This document shows, in pieces, positions 28,295 through 42,400 of a stretch of 64,000 nucleotides of DNA. The stretch lies in NCBI RefSeq assembly GCF_006345805.1, contig NC_043005.1:2666001-2730000 (forward strand), in the 5' to 3' direction. The position numbers and the translations under genes were made by a program. Within the stretch, counting starts at the first letter, position 1. The number at the start of each line of letters is the position of its first letter. The notes beneath the pieces were generated by a model. It searched no databases, was not told the origin of the DNA, and saw only the letters and a list, made by a program, of their open reading frames with translations. The stretch comes from Octopus sinensis. Lineage: Eukaryota.

Positions 28295-30185
28295 CAGGCT
28301 TCCTCCCTCTCTACCCTCACCTTCCTCTACAAATGGTATTTGATGAAATTGAGGGTTTGACCAGATAGGAATGTGCCTGTCTTCAAACCTTTCAGGTGGG
28401 TCCGCCACAGCCACTACACAGAGAAAGATTTGCCTTCCTTCTCTGCTAAAGGACGTTGTTGCGCCAATCACGACTACACACTCGTCAGACAGCTGGATTC
28501 GTCTTACACGTAACAACAGCTCTTCCACACAATACCCCAACTCTCCCATGCATGGACACCGAATTATTGCATTCAGGACGGTTTCGTTCCTCATCAAGCA
28601 TCTCAGGCAGGTTCGGCTGTTGGCGCTTCTATGCCTGAAGAACTTGTCTCGAACAGGCAATATCCCCCTATAGCACTGCCATGCCAATGACTTTTGGAAA
28701 TTGCCATGATATTCGACCCGAAGGTCACCCGGAAGAGACAACTCAGACTGTCCTCGTCAATGCCATCATCACTCTTACCCTATTGGGTAATCTTGGGTTG
28801 TTTTAAGGCTGACGGTCTTGTGCAGTTGGGACAATGCATTGAGCGTTTGACAACATTCTAAATGCCAAATGCCCAACCTTGGTCTACGTTTGACCCATGA
28901 CTGCAGCTCTGTGAATGAGATGAGCTGCAGAAGGACGTGTCGCACGAAAGGCGTCCACACCACCTCACCCTTATTTTCGTTGTCGCCGCCGTCCTCATCA
29001 TCGCAGTGATTTAGATATTTCTGTCGGTGTGACAGCCTCAAAGTGTGGCGTCACATCATTAAGAATGGCATCTCAAGACCACCACGGTGCGGGTGTAGAC
29101 AGCAGATAGATTTTCTGACCAGTGGAACCTGACCCTTCCATAAGAATCAGAAAGCAAGTTCTCCAATCTGGTCAGAATTTTCTTACAAGGTACGACGTCT
29201 AGGCGGTAGTATACTACCGTGGCGATATAAGCATTCGCTACTTCCGCCCGGCCTTTCAGCGACGGCTTCCTTTCTGCTCATTTCTGGGTGAGTTTGGCCA
29301 CCCTAGTCATGACCTCTTCCCAGTTCTTATCTACCTGGAGGATCTGGTCCGAACCAGACTCCGGTCACTTTCACTGGACCCTCCATCCAGCAACAGAAAT
29401 CGCTGCTAGTTGACTTGCCTCTCCAAGAGCCTTGTTGCAGTCCTTCTGACTTGTCTTCGTTTATAAGTGCTCCTGTGCATTCCTGATATTCTTTCAGTAA
29501 AATGTCGATCTTTTCTATGTCCGAAGAGTCTGATACCATGAGAGTGACGTCATCCACGTATGCAGACACAGCCCTCCTGTGACCTAGTTCTAGCAGATAT
29601 ACCTCAAATTCTCCATCCTTCGCAGCAAGGGTTCTAAAGCTAAAATATATAAAAGTGGTGGGAGAGGGCATCCTTGGCATACCGAGCGTTCAATACTGAA
29701 AGGTTCCGAGAGGTAGCCTTTCAATTTGACAACCGAGCAGAATCCACTATATATTGGGGTGATCCAACTTCTGAAGACGGGACCGAAACCAACAGCTTTT
29801 AGGACAGAAACCAGATAGCGATGATCCATCCTGTCAAAAGCTTTGGACTTGTCCAAATTGACCAGTGCCCCTCCAAAACCCGATCTATTCCCCACCCGTT
29901 GTACGATGTATCGCATGAGGTGGAGATTGTCATGGATAGATCTACCGGGGATCGCACAGGTTTGCGCATCCCGGACGATACTACCGACAACAAGCGCCAG
30001 CCTCTTGACGAGTTCCTTAGCTAAAATCTTTAACTCGGTGATGAGGAGAGTTATCGGCCCGAAGCCTCCAATCACATCCTCCTTTTTCGGATCCTTTCTC
30101 AGCAGCGTTTCCACTCCCCGACTCACACGACTTGGAATGCTTCCCGTTTATTGACAGGGGCAGCAGATTGCTGCTAAGGTTCCCA
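28295..30185 (-). mobile_element. L1/Tx1-clade LINE ORF2 fragment (RT and C-terminal knuckle)
   Basis: PITLLITELKILAK, QTCAIPGRSIHDNL, LDKSKAFDRMDH, SVCQGCPLPPLLY, AYVDDVT and CLRCLMRNETVLNAIIRC. Confidence 0.9.
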
Positions 30186-31211
30186 GATGAGACAAAACCA
30201 CCCGAGTGGGTGATCGGCGAGAGACCTTCAAAAAGGAAAAGGAGGAGAGAAAGTACATACGTAACCCCTAAATCTCAAAAGTTTGTGGGGATGAATCTGA
30301 GTAGCTTCGAGGCAGCCAATCTCGAAAACGCTGCAACTAGCGTCGAAACCAAAGCTGCAAGCCAACAACCTCAGCAACAGCAACAGCAACAACAAGAGAT
30401 AAACCAACTACAACAACATCAAGGAATGAAAGAACATTCTCAGCAACAGAAGCAGACACAACAAGATCTGCGACAGGGAAAGGCGAAGCAAAAAGAAGCA
30501 AAACGACAACAAGAGACGGAACGTGCTGAACAACATCTCCCGGACGAGCCTCTGGATCACTACGCAGTTCCACGGAAGGACAACAGGGAATTAACGGAAT
30601 TTGTAGACACAAAGACCAAACTTTGACCAACAGGCGAGGGTCTTGAATGTTCTCACCATTGCCAATGATGATGATGATGATGATGATAACTGAAACAGGT
30701 TTAAAAATAAAAGCATGACACGGTATACGTGCGACAGGATACGAACTCACAACATCTCGTTTCGCATCAGATAACATGTTGTCATCTCATTTAGTGCAGA
30801 TTCAGTCATCATCTTTTCTATTCCAGTTTATCCCTTTTTCTATACGGGAAGAGAAACGAGGCGGATATACGAGTGTATATATATGTATTGGCACACGCAC
30901 CTACCTTCTGTGTGTATATATATGCCTTTGTGAGCCTGTATGTACGTTTGAATTGTTTTGGCTCAGGGTGCACTGTGTGTGTGTGTACGTGTGTGTGCGT
31001 GTGTGTGTGTCTGTGTGAGTGTGTGTGCGTGTGTGTGTGTCTGTGTGCGTGTGTGTGTGTGCGTGTGTCTTCGCGCGTGTTGCGACGCCTCCATCTCTCA
31101 ATTTTTGACAGTTATTTCAATATGCTTGTCTCTTTTGTTTTATCTAAAATGTGATTATATGTATGTGTATGTGTGTGTGTTTATGCGTGTATATGTCTGT
31201 ATATGTTGGGG

Positions 31212-31261
<50 letters not shown>

Positions 31262-31535
31262 AATATATAAAAAATATATAGCGAGAGAGAGAGAGAGCGG
31301 GAGAGAGAGATACGATATATATTCCCACACAGACACATACACACACACACATATACACACATACACACACACACATACATGCACATATATAGAGGCATAT
31401 ATATGCACACACATACATACGTACAAATATATATACACATACACACACATACGCACAACATACTTTCACCACATCAGACCATATTATTCTATAATTCTTC
31501 ATTTCCCCACTGCTCCCACTGGGTATCCTTTGTAA

Positions 31536-31567
<32 letters not shown>

Positions 31568-31889
31568 ATACACACACGCACACACCTTATTGTCTATTAT
31601 AAAGGTTATTCCCCATCGTAGCCTCATCCTGCTCCCCCACCATGCCACAGCACCTACCAATTCCATTCCTATACGTTGCTCCTCTCCTCCCACTCTCCTC
31701 TTCTCCTCCTCCTCCTCCTCCTACAACCTTTTGCCGCCACATATCGCTGCTGACATCTGAAATCCTATTTCATTAACCACAAGACATTTGCTAACACCAA
31801 ATGATCCGATTAAATACATCAGATTACTGTGAGTATGCATATGTCTATATATATAAATGTGAGCATAGATCTCTGTGCATACGAATGTG

Positions 31890-31920
<31 letters not shown>

Positions 31921-32114
31921 TGTGTGTGTGTGTGTGTCCTCCTTTGTCTGTATAAACTTATGTTTATTGAATACACATGAACATAAAATATAAATTTTTT
32001 TACACAGAAATAATGATGAATTCATCAACAGCACCAAAAAGAGGGACGGGGCTTGAAATTCGTTCGTTTATAAACTTTGATTATATATATATATATATTA
32101 TATATATATATATA

Positions 32115-32168
<54 letters not shown>

Positions 32169-32197
32169 ATGAGGTTACCCAGGGTTTCGCTTTCATC

Positions 32198-32256
32198 GGG
32201 TCTGACGAGACGTATGTAAAGCCAAATGCTTTATGGATGCGAAACCCTGGGTAACC
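32198..32256 (+). ncRNA. Type I hammerhead ribozyme-like motif
   Basis: ggt-CTGACGA-(imperfect long stem II gtaaagc/gctttat)-GAA-ACCC-T-GGGT-A-acc. Predicted GUA cleavage after 32253. Confidence 0.6.
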
Positions 32257-32343
32257 ATGAACTGGCCATAACTATCTTTATGTAAGTACTCGACTGCTCC
32301 ATAACTTGGAGTGTGCATCTCTTTCGGATTTATGATTTACTTA

Positions 32344-32383
<40 letters not shown>

Positions 32384-32452
32384 GTTTAAATATTTGTTGT
32401 GCAAGATTTTTTATTGGCTAAACTGGCAATATGACCATTCCGAAATATAACA

Positions 32453-32562
<110 letters not shown>

Positions 32563-32757
32563 ATATATAAACATACATATATAGATCGCTAGCCACTAAA
32601 CCTTTTTCTATTTTCTTTCCCTACTTATTTTTGTGTTCCTTTCTATCGAAGTGCGTAGGCTCGAAACGTAAAAGGCTTTCTCACTTCCCGAGCGTTAAAC
32701 TAATACATCTGTATGTTGCTTATGCACCCGTCTTTCTCTTTTGTTTTTTGTAAATTC

Positions 32758-32877
<120 letters not shown>

Positions 32878-33229
32878 TAATTATAATAAAGGGTTATTTG
32901 CAACAAGTTGCTTAAACCACATACCGAAAATATTAGAAATAGCAGCCAAATAGGTTACCATTACTATTACTACAAAAATAAGTCTCCACAAACAACAGTA
33001 TTTGTAACCTATATATGGTAAAAAGAAGGAAGACAACGAAATCACACAGACTACTTGGATTAATTATGGACGATCGTTTCTGGATTAGAATCGTAAGTTC
33101 ATTTCCTTACCAACATAATATTTCCCATAAATCTAGAAATGCTAGGAAAAAACTCACCAATTATATTATTCGACCAGGCGACATCGAACGATATAACAGT
33201 CTGCCAGCATATCCACATTTATATAGACA

Positions 33230-33339
<110 letters not shown>

Positions 33340-34136
33340 AATCCAAACAAAGAAGAACAAACAAGAAAAAACAATAACGCGAGGGCGTGGTACCAGTACT
33401 GTGTTATCAGACGCTCAGGAAAGTGAGGAAAGGAAGAAAAGAGTATTTAACGTTTCGAGCCAAGCTCTTTGTCAGAAATAGAGGTAAGTCCAAGGGAAGG
33501 GAAGACGGAGGAAGAAAACCACCAACGATACACCCGCGGTTAATGTCAGTGTAGGTGTTATTGATGGTGCGTGTGTGTGTGTGTGTGTGTGTGATGGACT
33601 CTCCCCTCGTTAGACGACGTATGCGGGTTCGTCAGTTTCTTACGGATCAACCACACATATAATTTGTTTAAAGTGATCAAATGTTTGTCTTCACATAAGC
33701 TCACTCCCTCCATCAGATCGACATTACATGTACAGGTGCGACGGGTGTCACATGTCAGATGATGAAATGATTGCAGAGCAACGTGAAATGAAGTGCTTTG
33801 CTCAAGAACACAACATAACGCCAGGTCTGGGAATCGAACCCACGATCTCGCAATCGTGAATGCAACACCTTAACCACACGCATAAACACACACACACACA
33901 TAATCACATTTTAGATAAAACAAAAGAGACAAGCACACACACACACACGCACACACACACATGCACATATATATATATAATGTTATATGTATAGGCTTTT
34001 GAGGGATTGCTTCTGCGTCGGGATGAGTATGTTTTTTTATAGGAAAAACCCACGGGTAGAGTTCCATGGTTTTTTTCCCCGCTGTTTCTTCTTCCTCTGT
34101 GGAGAGTCGCTCAAAACCTCTTGAAACGGAGCGGGG

Positions 34137-34749
34137 TACACCAGAGTAAACACATAAATGTGAAACAAAGTGGGACAAAATAGTACTCGAATACCAGAGG
34201 TAGAGTAATATGCTTTATCATAATTTGTTTCTTTATTACCCACAAGGGGATAAACATAGAGGGGACAAGCAAGGACAGACAAACGGATTAAGTCGATTAC
34301 ATCGACCCCAGTTCGTAACTGCTACTTAAATTATCGACCCCGAAAGGATGGAAGGCAAAGTCGACCTCGGCGGAATTTGAACTCAGAAAGTAACGGCAGA
34401 CGAAATACGGCTACGCATTTCGCCCGGCGTGCTAACCATTCTGCCAGCCCCTCGCCGCCTGCTTTATTATTATTAAAGCTGCAAAACATCACAAAAATAT
34501 CACAAAAACTGCTACTCAGAGTTTCACGTTGCTGCTCGTTGGACAGAATAGATTAAGATTAAGACAGGAATTAAGGATTCTTAATCACAACTGTCCGACA
34601 AATGGGAAGGTTAGACTCTGAGTAGCAGATTTTTGTGATATTTTTGTGATGTTTTTGCAGCTTTAATAACGATAAAGCATATTACTCTACCTCCGGTATT
34701 CGAGTACTATTTCCTCCAATCTTGTTTCACATTTATGTGCTTACTCTGG

Positions 34750-34752
<3 letters not shown>
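34137..34752. repeat. Foldback element (~170-bp arms) interrupted by a SINE
   Basis: 34137-34220 plus 34461-34546 is the reverse complement of 34590-34752. Confidence 0.85.
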
Positions 34753-34839
<87 letters not shown>

Positions 34840-36448
34840 ACGTATTCTATGGAGATTAGTGAGAAATGATGCAAGTAACGATGACCAGAAAGGGATTCTC
34901 GATGTTGGCGACAATCTTTTCAGCCCCTTCTAGAGGACTTTCAGACCAAAGACATTGACAATTTTCAAAAATCTTTAGCCCGCCAATGCTACTAGTGGGG
35001 AGATCTCTGATTCGGGACAAACTCTACTGGCAGGAATGTATAATCAGTTGGTTCTGTCCCAAGTAAAAACCACCTCTGCCTGATGGTTCTTTGGAAGTGT
35101 GTTGGGTGTTGTTGAATGTTTGCGGACGACTTTTGCCATCTCAACTTTTTCGGGTTCCACCATGGAGATGGAAATATTTCCCTTCAATGTACGAAGGTGG
35201 ATGAGAGCAACAACACCGACGGCGTTGAATTGGTCCACTCTGAGTTTGGAACTCTAAACAAGCAGCAATAAACACTTTTAAGCATCGGAATCATCCAGAG
35301 TTTTGTGTGGAGTAACTCTGAAAACCTCTTCTTACGAATATTTCATTGTTACTTTTTTTCCCTTAATTCCACCTCTTTTCATCTCGATGTCAACTGCCCC
35401 TCCACCCTGTTTCCACTTCACTCTTGAATCCGTTCATTCTTTAAATATTCTGGTAGGTTCAAATGGAATATCTGATTGCTGTTGTTTTTCGTCATCGGAG
35501 AATATCTCCTTCCTTTAGACGATGTGTGCTTACAACACACTCGATTCACCGCTGTAAGAGGACTTTAAGACACTGCAACGTTTCGACCAAATTGTGTGTC
35601 ACCTTTGTTTGCTGGTTTCTATAAACAAGAGATCGTGTTCTGGTTGAATCAATCCGAGGGTGGGTGGTTTTAATTGAAGAGACGCACATCCCGTTTCACC
35701 GGTGAATCGCGTGTGTTACGAACACACATCGTCCAAAAGATGGAGAGGAGAGAATCTCCGATCACATGAGAGAAGAGCCAATAAGATATTCCCGTTTGAA
35801 TCTGCGAGGATGTATTAAGAATGAATAAATACATTATTGTTAAAGTGTTACGTTTATAAATTTGTAGAATATTTGGGGAAATTGATGCTATTTTGTATAT
35901 CTTTGATGAAATAATACATTTTTGCCAATAAAACACAAGCAATTTCATTGCTTATGTATTTCAATGACTCCATTCTTTAGACATTAAACCACGATATCTG
36001 CCAAAACAAAGCGAAATGAGAAAAGCAGGGTTTCGGAGAAAGGCCCCCAAGTAATTACTGGCTTTTCAATATTTGTAAGTCTTTCAGTGAATTTTATCAC
36101 AAATAAACAACAGCAGATTCACAGAATGTTGAAACCATGTTTGTTAGTTTCGTCTATTTTATTGTTGTTTTATATATTAAAGAAATTGATGAGTGCATTG
36201 GGAGGAATGCCGGCTTTTGTCAATATTTATAAATAATTCAGTAAAATAAATCGCCGTACATACATACATACATACATACATACATACACACACATACATA
36301 CATACATACACACACACATACATACATACATACACACAAACTTACATACATACATACATATACATACATACATACATACATACATACATACATACATACA
36401 TACATACATACATACATACATACATACATACATACATACATACATACA

Positions 36449-39400
36449 TGATGGCCGTCCACTCGTGACCGAGGAAGACCATTGCCGACCTTCAGGAACA
36501 TTGTGCGTTCTAGGACTAACTTATATTTTTAATAAGCATACACGACTGCAAACATTGCAGACCAAACTTTCCCCATTCACTACCCTAGCAGTGCGCTTTC
36601 GAGCAGCACGCTTAAATTCTTCGTGAAGAATACGTGCTCTCCCAAATGTGTCGACCCCTCCTTAACCTGCTTCCTCCATCTGTGGCGATGACAGGCATTG
36701 CTCTCCCAGTCAGTCTCCTGCATATTACGGGCCTTTAATGAGGACTTGACACAGTCCTTAAATTGCAGCTTTGGTTTCTGCCGGGGTCTCTTTCCATTCA
36801 CAAGTTTCCCATATAGCATATGTTTAGGGATCCTACTATCCTTCATTCTAATAAGATGCCCAGTCCAACGTAACCGGTGCTTGTGCACCATCGCCTCAAT
36901 ACTCAAGGTATCAGCTTTCCTCAGGACATGTGTGTCTGGAGATTTCAAGGTCCAGCCAACATTCAGAATGTATCTCAGACATCTCAGATGAAAGCGTTCA
37001 AGGACCCTTACGTGACGTTTGTAAAGGGTTCATGTCTCACATGAGTCAATGAGCGATGTCAGTAAACATGCACGGTACACAGCAATTTCTGTTTTCTTTG
37101 TGATGCCATGCTGGGACCAGACACGAGACTCAAGAGACCGGAAGGAATCAGTTTCTCTCTGCAGCCTGAAAAATATTTCATCATCCAGGGAGCAAGAACG
37201 ACTGAGTGTGCTGTCCAGGTCGACAAACTTGTCTACCACTTTCAGAATTGTTCCTTCAACCAAGATAGCTGGTTCCACATATGGATTTCCTGGTGCAGGC
37301 TGGAACATTACAACAGTCATGTCCAGGCTAATGCTGAGTCCAAATGCCTTGCAAGAAGCAGAAACACGATTCATAGGTATTTGCATGTCATCCACTGTAT
37401 GAGTGACTAAGCCACAGTCATCTGCATAAAGGAGGTCATGAAAAAGAGACTGAAAAAAACTTTTGAATTGGCAGCAAATCGGCGAAGATTAAAGAGGTGG
37501 CCAGAAGAACGATATCTGACATATATTCCCAGAGAGCTAACCTTAGCAAAAGCATGAGTAAAGGCAACAGCAAAGGGCAAAGAAAAAATAGTTGGGGCAA
37601 GGGTGTCACCCTGCTTGACACCATTCTCTACAGGAATGGGTCCCGCCATGATCCCATCATGAAAGGATTTATTTATAGATACAAAGTGATCTGGACATCC
37701 AAGTTTGCCAAGTATTTTCCATAGCAAGGTTCTTTCACAGCATCAAAGGCCTTGGTTAAATCAATGAATACCTGGACAAGATCCATATTCTGCTCATAGC
37801 ACTTCTCCTGCATCTGTCTTGCTGTGAAAATCATATCCATTGTCCCTCTACCAGATCGGAAGCCACATTGAGATTCAGATAGGACATCATTTACGAGACA
37901 CCCATTCAGACGGGTAAGAAGAATATTTGCCAGAACCTTGCCAGCAGCTGATAGTAGAGCAATACCTCTGTAGTTACCACACATTGTTCTGGCTCCATTT
38001 CCTTTATAAAGACGGAGAATAATTGCATCCTTCCAGTGCTTAGACATTGCACCATCCCTCCAGACTGCACTAATAAGTTCATGAAGGGACTGTATGGTGT
38101 AATCACCACCAAATCGCAAGACCTCAGCACAAATTCCATCCTTTCCTGGTGCCCTACCAAGATTCAGATTACTTATTGCTGTCATTACCTCATCTATTGA
38201 GGGCGTGGAATTTAAGGAGCCAATGATAAGGTCTTTGTTGCATAGTATCAATCACTATTTCATCCACAACTGACTCATGGTTCAGGAGTTCAGAGAAGTG
38301 GTCGATCCAGCGACATGTGATTTCTGTTGATTTAGTAAATTGAGCAGAAGACTCCTTGCAAAGCAAAGGAGCTGATGTGAAGCTCTTAGGCCCATAAACT
38401 TGCTTCTTGCTGTCATTTGCATCAGCAACAGCCTGAACATCACGAGCAAGATCCTCCCACCAAGTGTCCTGTATCTTCCTGAGACATCGCTGCAGTAGTG
38501 ATTTTACACTGCTATAGTGGGCAAGTGCTAGATTTCCCTGCACAGCTGAAAGTCCTCATTGTGGGCATGGCGCTTTACAAGCAATAGAAGCTGAATTTCA
38601 GCATCATTTTTATCAAACCTGTCTCTGTGTCTGGCAGTAGCATGTCCCAGTGTCTCAGCAGCACATTGAAGAACCTGGTCTCGAAAATCTTCCCATGCTG
38701 GACAAGCGAGTCTGAAGCCCTTTCCTCAACACAGCATCATATATCTTGTGGACATTCGGACGCCGGGGAAAGCCAACTGGCTCTCTTTCTCTCTTTCACT
38801 CTAATTATCATCCGGAACTTTGCTCGCACCAGACTGTGGTCTGTCTACCATTCCGATCCATGAAAGGACTTGACATTACAAATGTTATAAATGTCACACC
38901 TTGGATGCATCCACATTGTTGCGTGATCACATTTGTGCATAAAATTAGTGCTTGCGATGTAAAGTCCATGTTCATCGCAAAGCTCCAGCAGCATGAGACC
39001 ATTGCTGTTCGTTTTCCCTACTCCAAATCGTCCTAGAGAGTTCCATGTTTGCCAGTCTGTTCCAACCCTGGCATTAAAATCCCCCAGTAGAATGACTTTA
39101 TCAAAATCGGGGATTTTCCTAAGTATGGCTCTCAGCTGTGTACGAAAAATAGTTTTATCTTCATCACAACTAGTCAAAGTAGATGCATAGGCACTGATTA
39201 GAGTAGAAAACCGTCCACCTTTCAGGTGCAGTCATAGAGTCATTAAACGTTCATTTATAGGAACAGGAAGCTCCTCCAACTTCTTAAGGATTTCAGATCG
39301 AACTGCAAAGCCAACACCAGCCCCTCTGTGCTCCCCCTTCAGCCTCCCCTTCCCAAAAAAGGTGTATCCACCTCCTACTTCCTCTTTGAGGCCTACAATC

Positions 39401-39470
39401 ACTCTTGTTATCCAACAGAGTGCGCACATTCCAACATGAAATGTTCAAGTTCCATCCAGATTTTGTAAAT
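36449..39470 (-). mobile_element. Near full-length decayed RTE-BovB LINE with (ATGT)n tail
   Basis: EN motifs (GYTFF, GVGFAV, LLGDFNARVG), RT motifs (NYRGIALL, SQCGFR, FIDLTKAFD, GVKQGDTLAP, LYADD) and C-terminal LRWTGHLIRM. Multiple frameshifts. Confidence 0.93.
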
Positions 39471-42400
39471 AAAAGTCTCTTTGTTTTTCGAGCGCAGGGT
39501 GGACATCCGTCAGTTGCGCTTAACTGACTAATTTTTGGTTCACCTTTTCTAGAACTTCCCCGGCCTCCAGGTGAACTGCTCAGATACCCATTATAATCAT
39601 TATAATCATTATTATTATTCTTTTCTTTTTATCACAGGTTTTGTTGGAATCCCTGGAGTCTTGCATGCGTAGCGGGTTTGCTACCTGCAGCTTCGTTCTT
39701 TTCAGCTACCAAATACTTTCCAGATTATTCTGGCCGAGCCAAGCAGGGAAACCTTTTCTAACAGTTCTACTCGACACTCTATTCCAATTTCCTCTATATT
39801 CCTCCTGGGGCCTTCTGATACTGCCTCCAAGGACCCAACAAAAATTGGCACTATCTTCACCTTCTTCATTTTCCATAGCTGACGGAGAACCAGTTAGGGC
39901 CGAGTGCACTGATTCGCTCAGAAGGGCCTAGAACATCGATTCATTGAGAATCAGTTCGTTTCCGATCAGTTGTTTCCGGCGGTTATTCACAGTGAAATCT
40001 CTTCTGACCGAGGACAGGAAACGCTACAAAGATGGAGATGATGTGTTGGTTATGAAAGTGGAAGTGTTTGATGGAGGTTCAAAATCAATGGTGATTGGGG
40101 GGTGGTGGGAGCTTGAAATGGTGCTTTCTTGTTTGGGCACAAGGCCTGCAATTTTGGGGTGTGAGGAAGTGGATTACATCGATATCCAATGCTCAACTGG
40201 TACTTATTTTATCGATCCCGATTGGATGAAAGGCAAAGTCGACCTCAGTAGGAGAATTTGAACTCAGAACGTAAAGGCAGACGACACACCGCTAGGCATT
40301 TTATCCGCTGGACAAGAGATTCTTTCAAATCGTCGGCTTGGAAGAGTTCGTAATGGTGCTAATAGCAAAGTTTGGTAAACGGCGTTAGAAATTGTGTAAC
40401 AAATATCTGGTGGCAAAGTTGTTTAAATACTGGCGAAACGGCAGGAAAATTTGATGTTTTGAGGCAAGAATTTAGAAACCAAACTCCATGGCAGCAAATT
40501 TTTGAGGTTTAATCGCAAATCAAGTAAATGTGTCCGTTAAAATACAAGGGAAGCAACTTCGTTGTTTTTAACTTTGCAAAGACAATCAGTGTAAGGGAGA
40601 TAACCGATGTGAAATGGTGATGGGAACCTTAAGAGGCAGACCAGAGCTGTTTGGATTAGAACTGCATATTTTTCAATCATGATGACAGCTTTTTGTCCTC
40701 TGAATAGATCAGACATTGTTTCTTTAACTTGGTTTTAATTTACACTTGAAACATTTCTGTCTTCGTCAATGTTTAGTCTTGTGAATGTCTTTCCTGTTAC
40801 AGTCGACTGTTTCTTTGTGCCAGTGGCCAGATTTCTTTGTTACTGTAAACTCTGATATTTGCTACAAAAACTGGAGACAAACTACTTTGGGATTGTTTGA
40901 GTTTTCTTAGAAATAATTTATTCTTGTGAAGAGCTGTTGGAAATAACACTTAAAACAGGATAGTATCAAGATTAATGTCACAAATGTTGACTGACTTCAT
41001 AGAAGAAAATACTGACTCTGTAACGATTAGCTCTATGTACAAGCACTTACAATGGTAGATGGGTCCTGGAAAATCTCGTTTTATTCTATGTCCAACAAGC
41101 AACAACGATGAGATTTCTAGACAGTTGAGGTTTTAGTTTTCTCTTGGCCAAGCTGTTGTCTTTGATCAAACAAAAGGTAGAAGACAGGTGGAATACTGCC
41201 AGGTACTCCGTCTTTTACTCTCTTAAATTTACATGATGTCAGAGATTATCTGTTAGAGAGATTTGGAGGAGTATTTGGTAATTCCTAGCTATCTTAGCTG
41301 GCCATTGCTTGTATCAATGTCCAGTTAAATTGGAACCAGCCTTATAAATATGGAACCTCAGATAAACAGGTATGGTTCTTGATATAATAGGAATCACAGA
41401 ACTATTTTTTGTGATTTACTTTAATGCCTTACCTTTTGCTGTCTCCAGTGTTATGCCAAAGTTCTGCAAATACATCAGATACCAAATATAAAAGATTTAT
41501 TTGAGCAACTTAAAGTAATCCAACCATTTCAGATAAAAGCCAGCAAAATTCACAGGAATTAAAAGTAAGCTGAGGGAAGTCACCTTCTCATTAAAAAATG
41601 TGTCTTATTTTATTTTTAATTATATTCACTTTTTAATTGTTTCAAAAGTAATTTCTTTTTATTTTCATAAATTGTGTAAACATTAATTTCTAAATTGGGT
41701 TTGTGTGAAAGGAAAATTTTATTTCCAATATTTACATTCAGTGATTTTGTGTCAGCCTAAAGTTTTGCTCTTCTTTCAGTTTACAAGTTCAGACTTTTCC
41801 AGCACTTTCGGTAGGTGTCTTCTACTATAGCCTTGGGCCAACCAAAGCCTTGTGAGTGGAACTGGTAGATGGAAACCGGAAGAAGCCCATCATAGATATA
41901 TGTATATCTATGTGCATGTGTGTTTGTCCCCACCACCATCACCACTTGTCAAACCAGTACTGGTGTGTTTATATCCCCATAACCTAGCAGTTCAGCAAAA
42001 GAGTCTGATAGAATAAATGCCAGGCTTTAAAAAAAAAAAGGGTAAGTCCTGAGGTCAATTTCTTCAAACCCTTCAAGGCAATGTTCCAGCATGGCCACAG
42101 TCAATAACTGAAGCAACTAAAAGAAAAAAATTATTTCTTTAAACATTTTATGGAAAGATTTTAATAGTCTGTTCTTGGGGCTAAATAACAGTAACATTCT
42201 TCCCTTTCCTGGGACTGCCTCATTAAATTGGCCACAATTTATTATTGTACTGTTACTTGCATAACTCTCTCTCTCTCTCTCTCTGAGACATTCAGAAATG
42301 TAATATTTCTATTTTTGTAGATCAGTGAATGGTTTTCACTTGTATCTCAATTTTAATATTGTTTTAGTTTATGAAGTTAATGACTAATAAAGCTGGTAGC

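Noticed and set aside
39620-40040. Plus-strand coding exon after a strong acceptor at ~39638
   Set aside because: No frame gives a recognisable protein and no partner exon was found.
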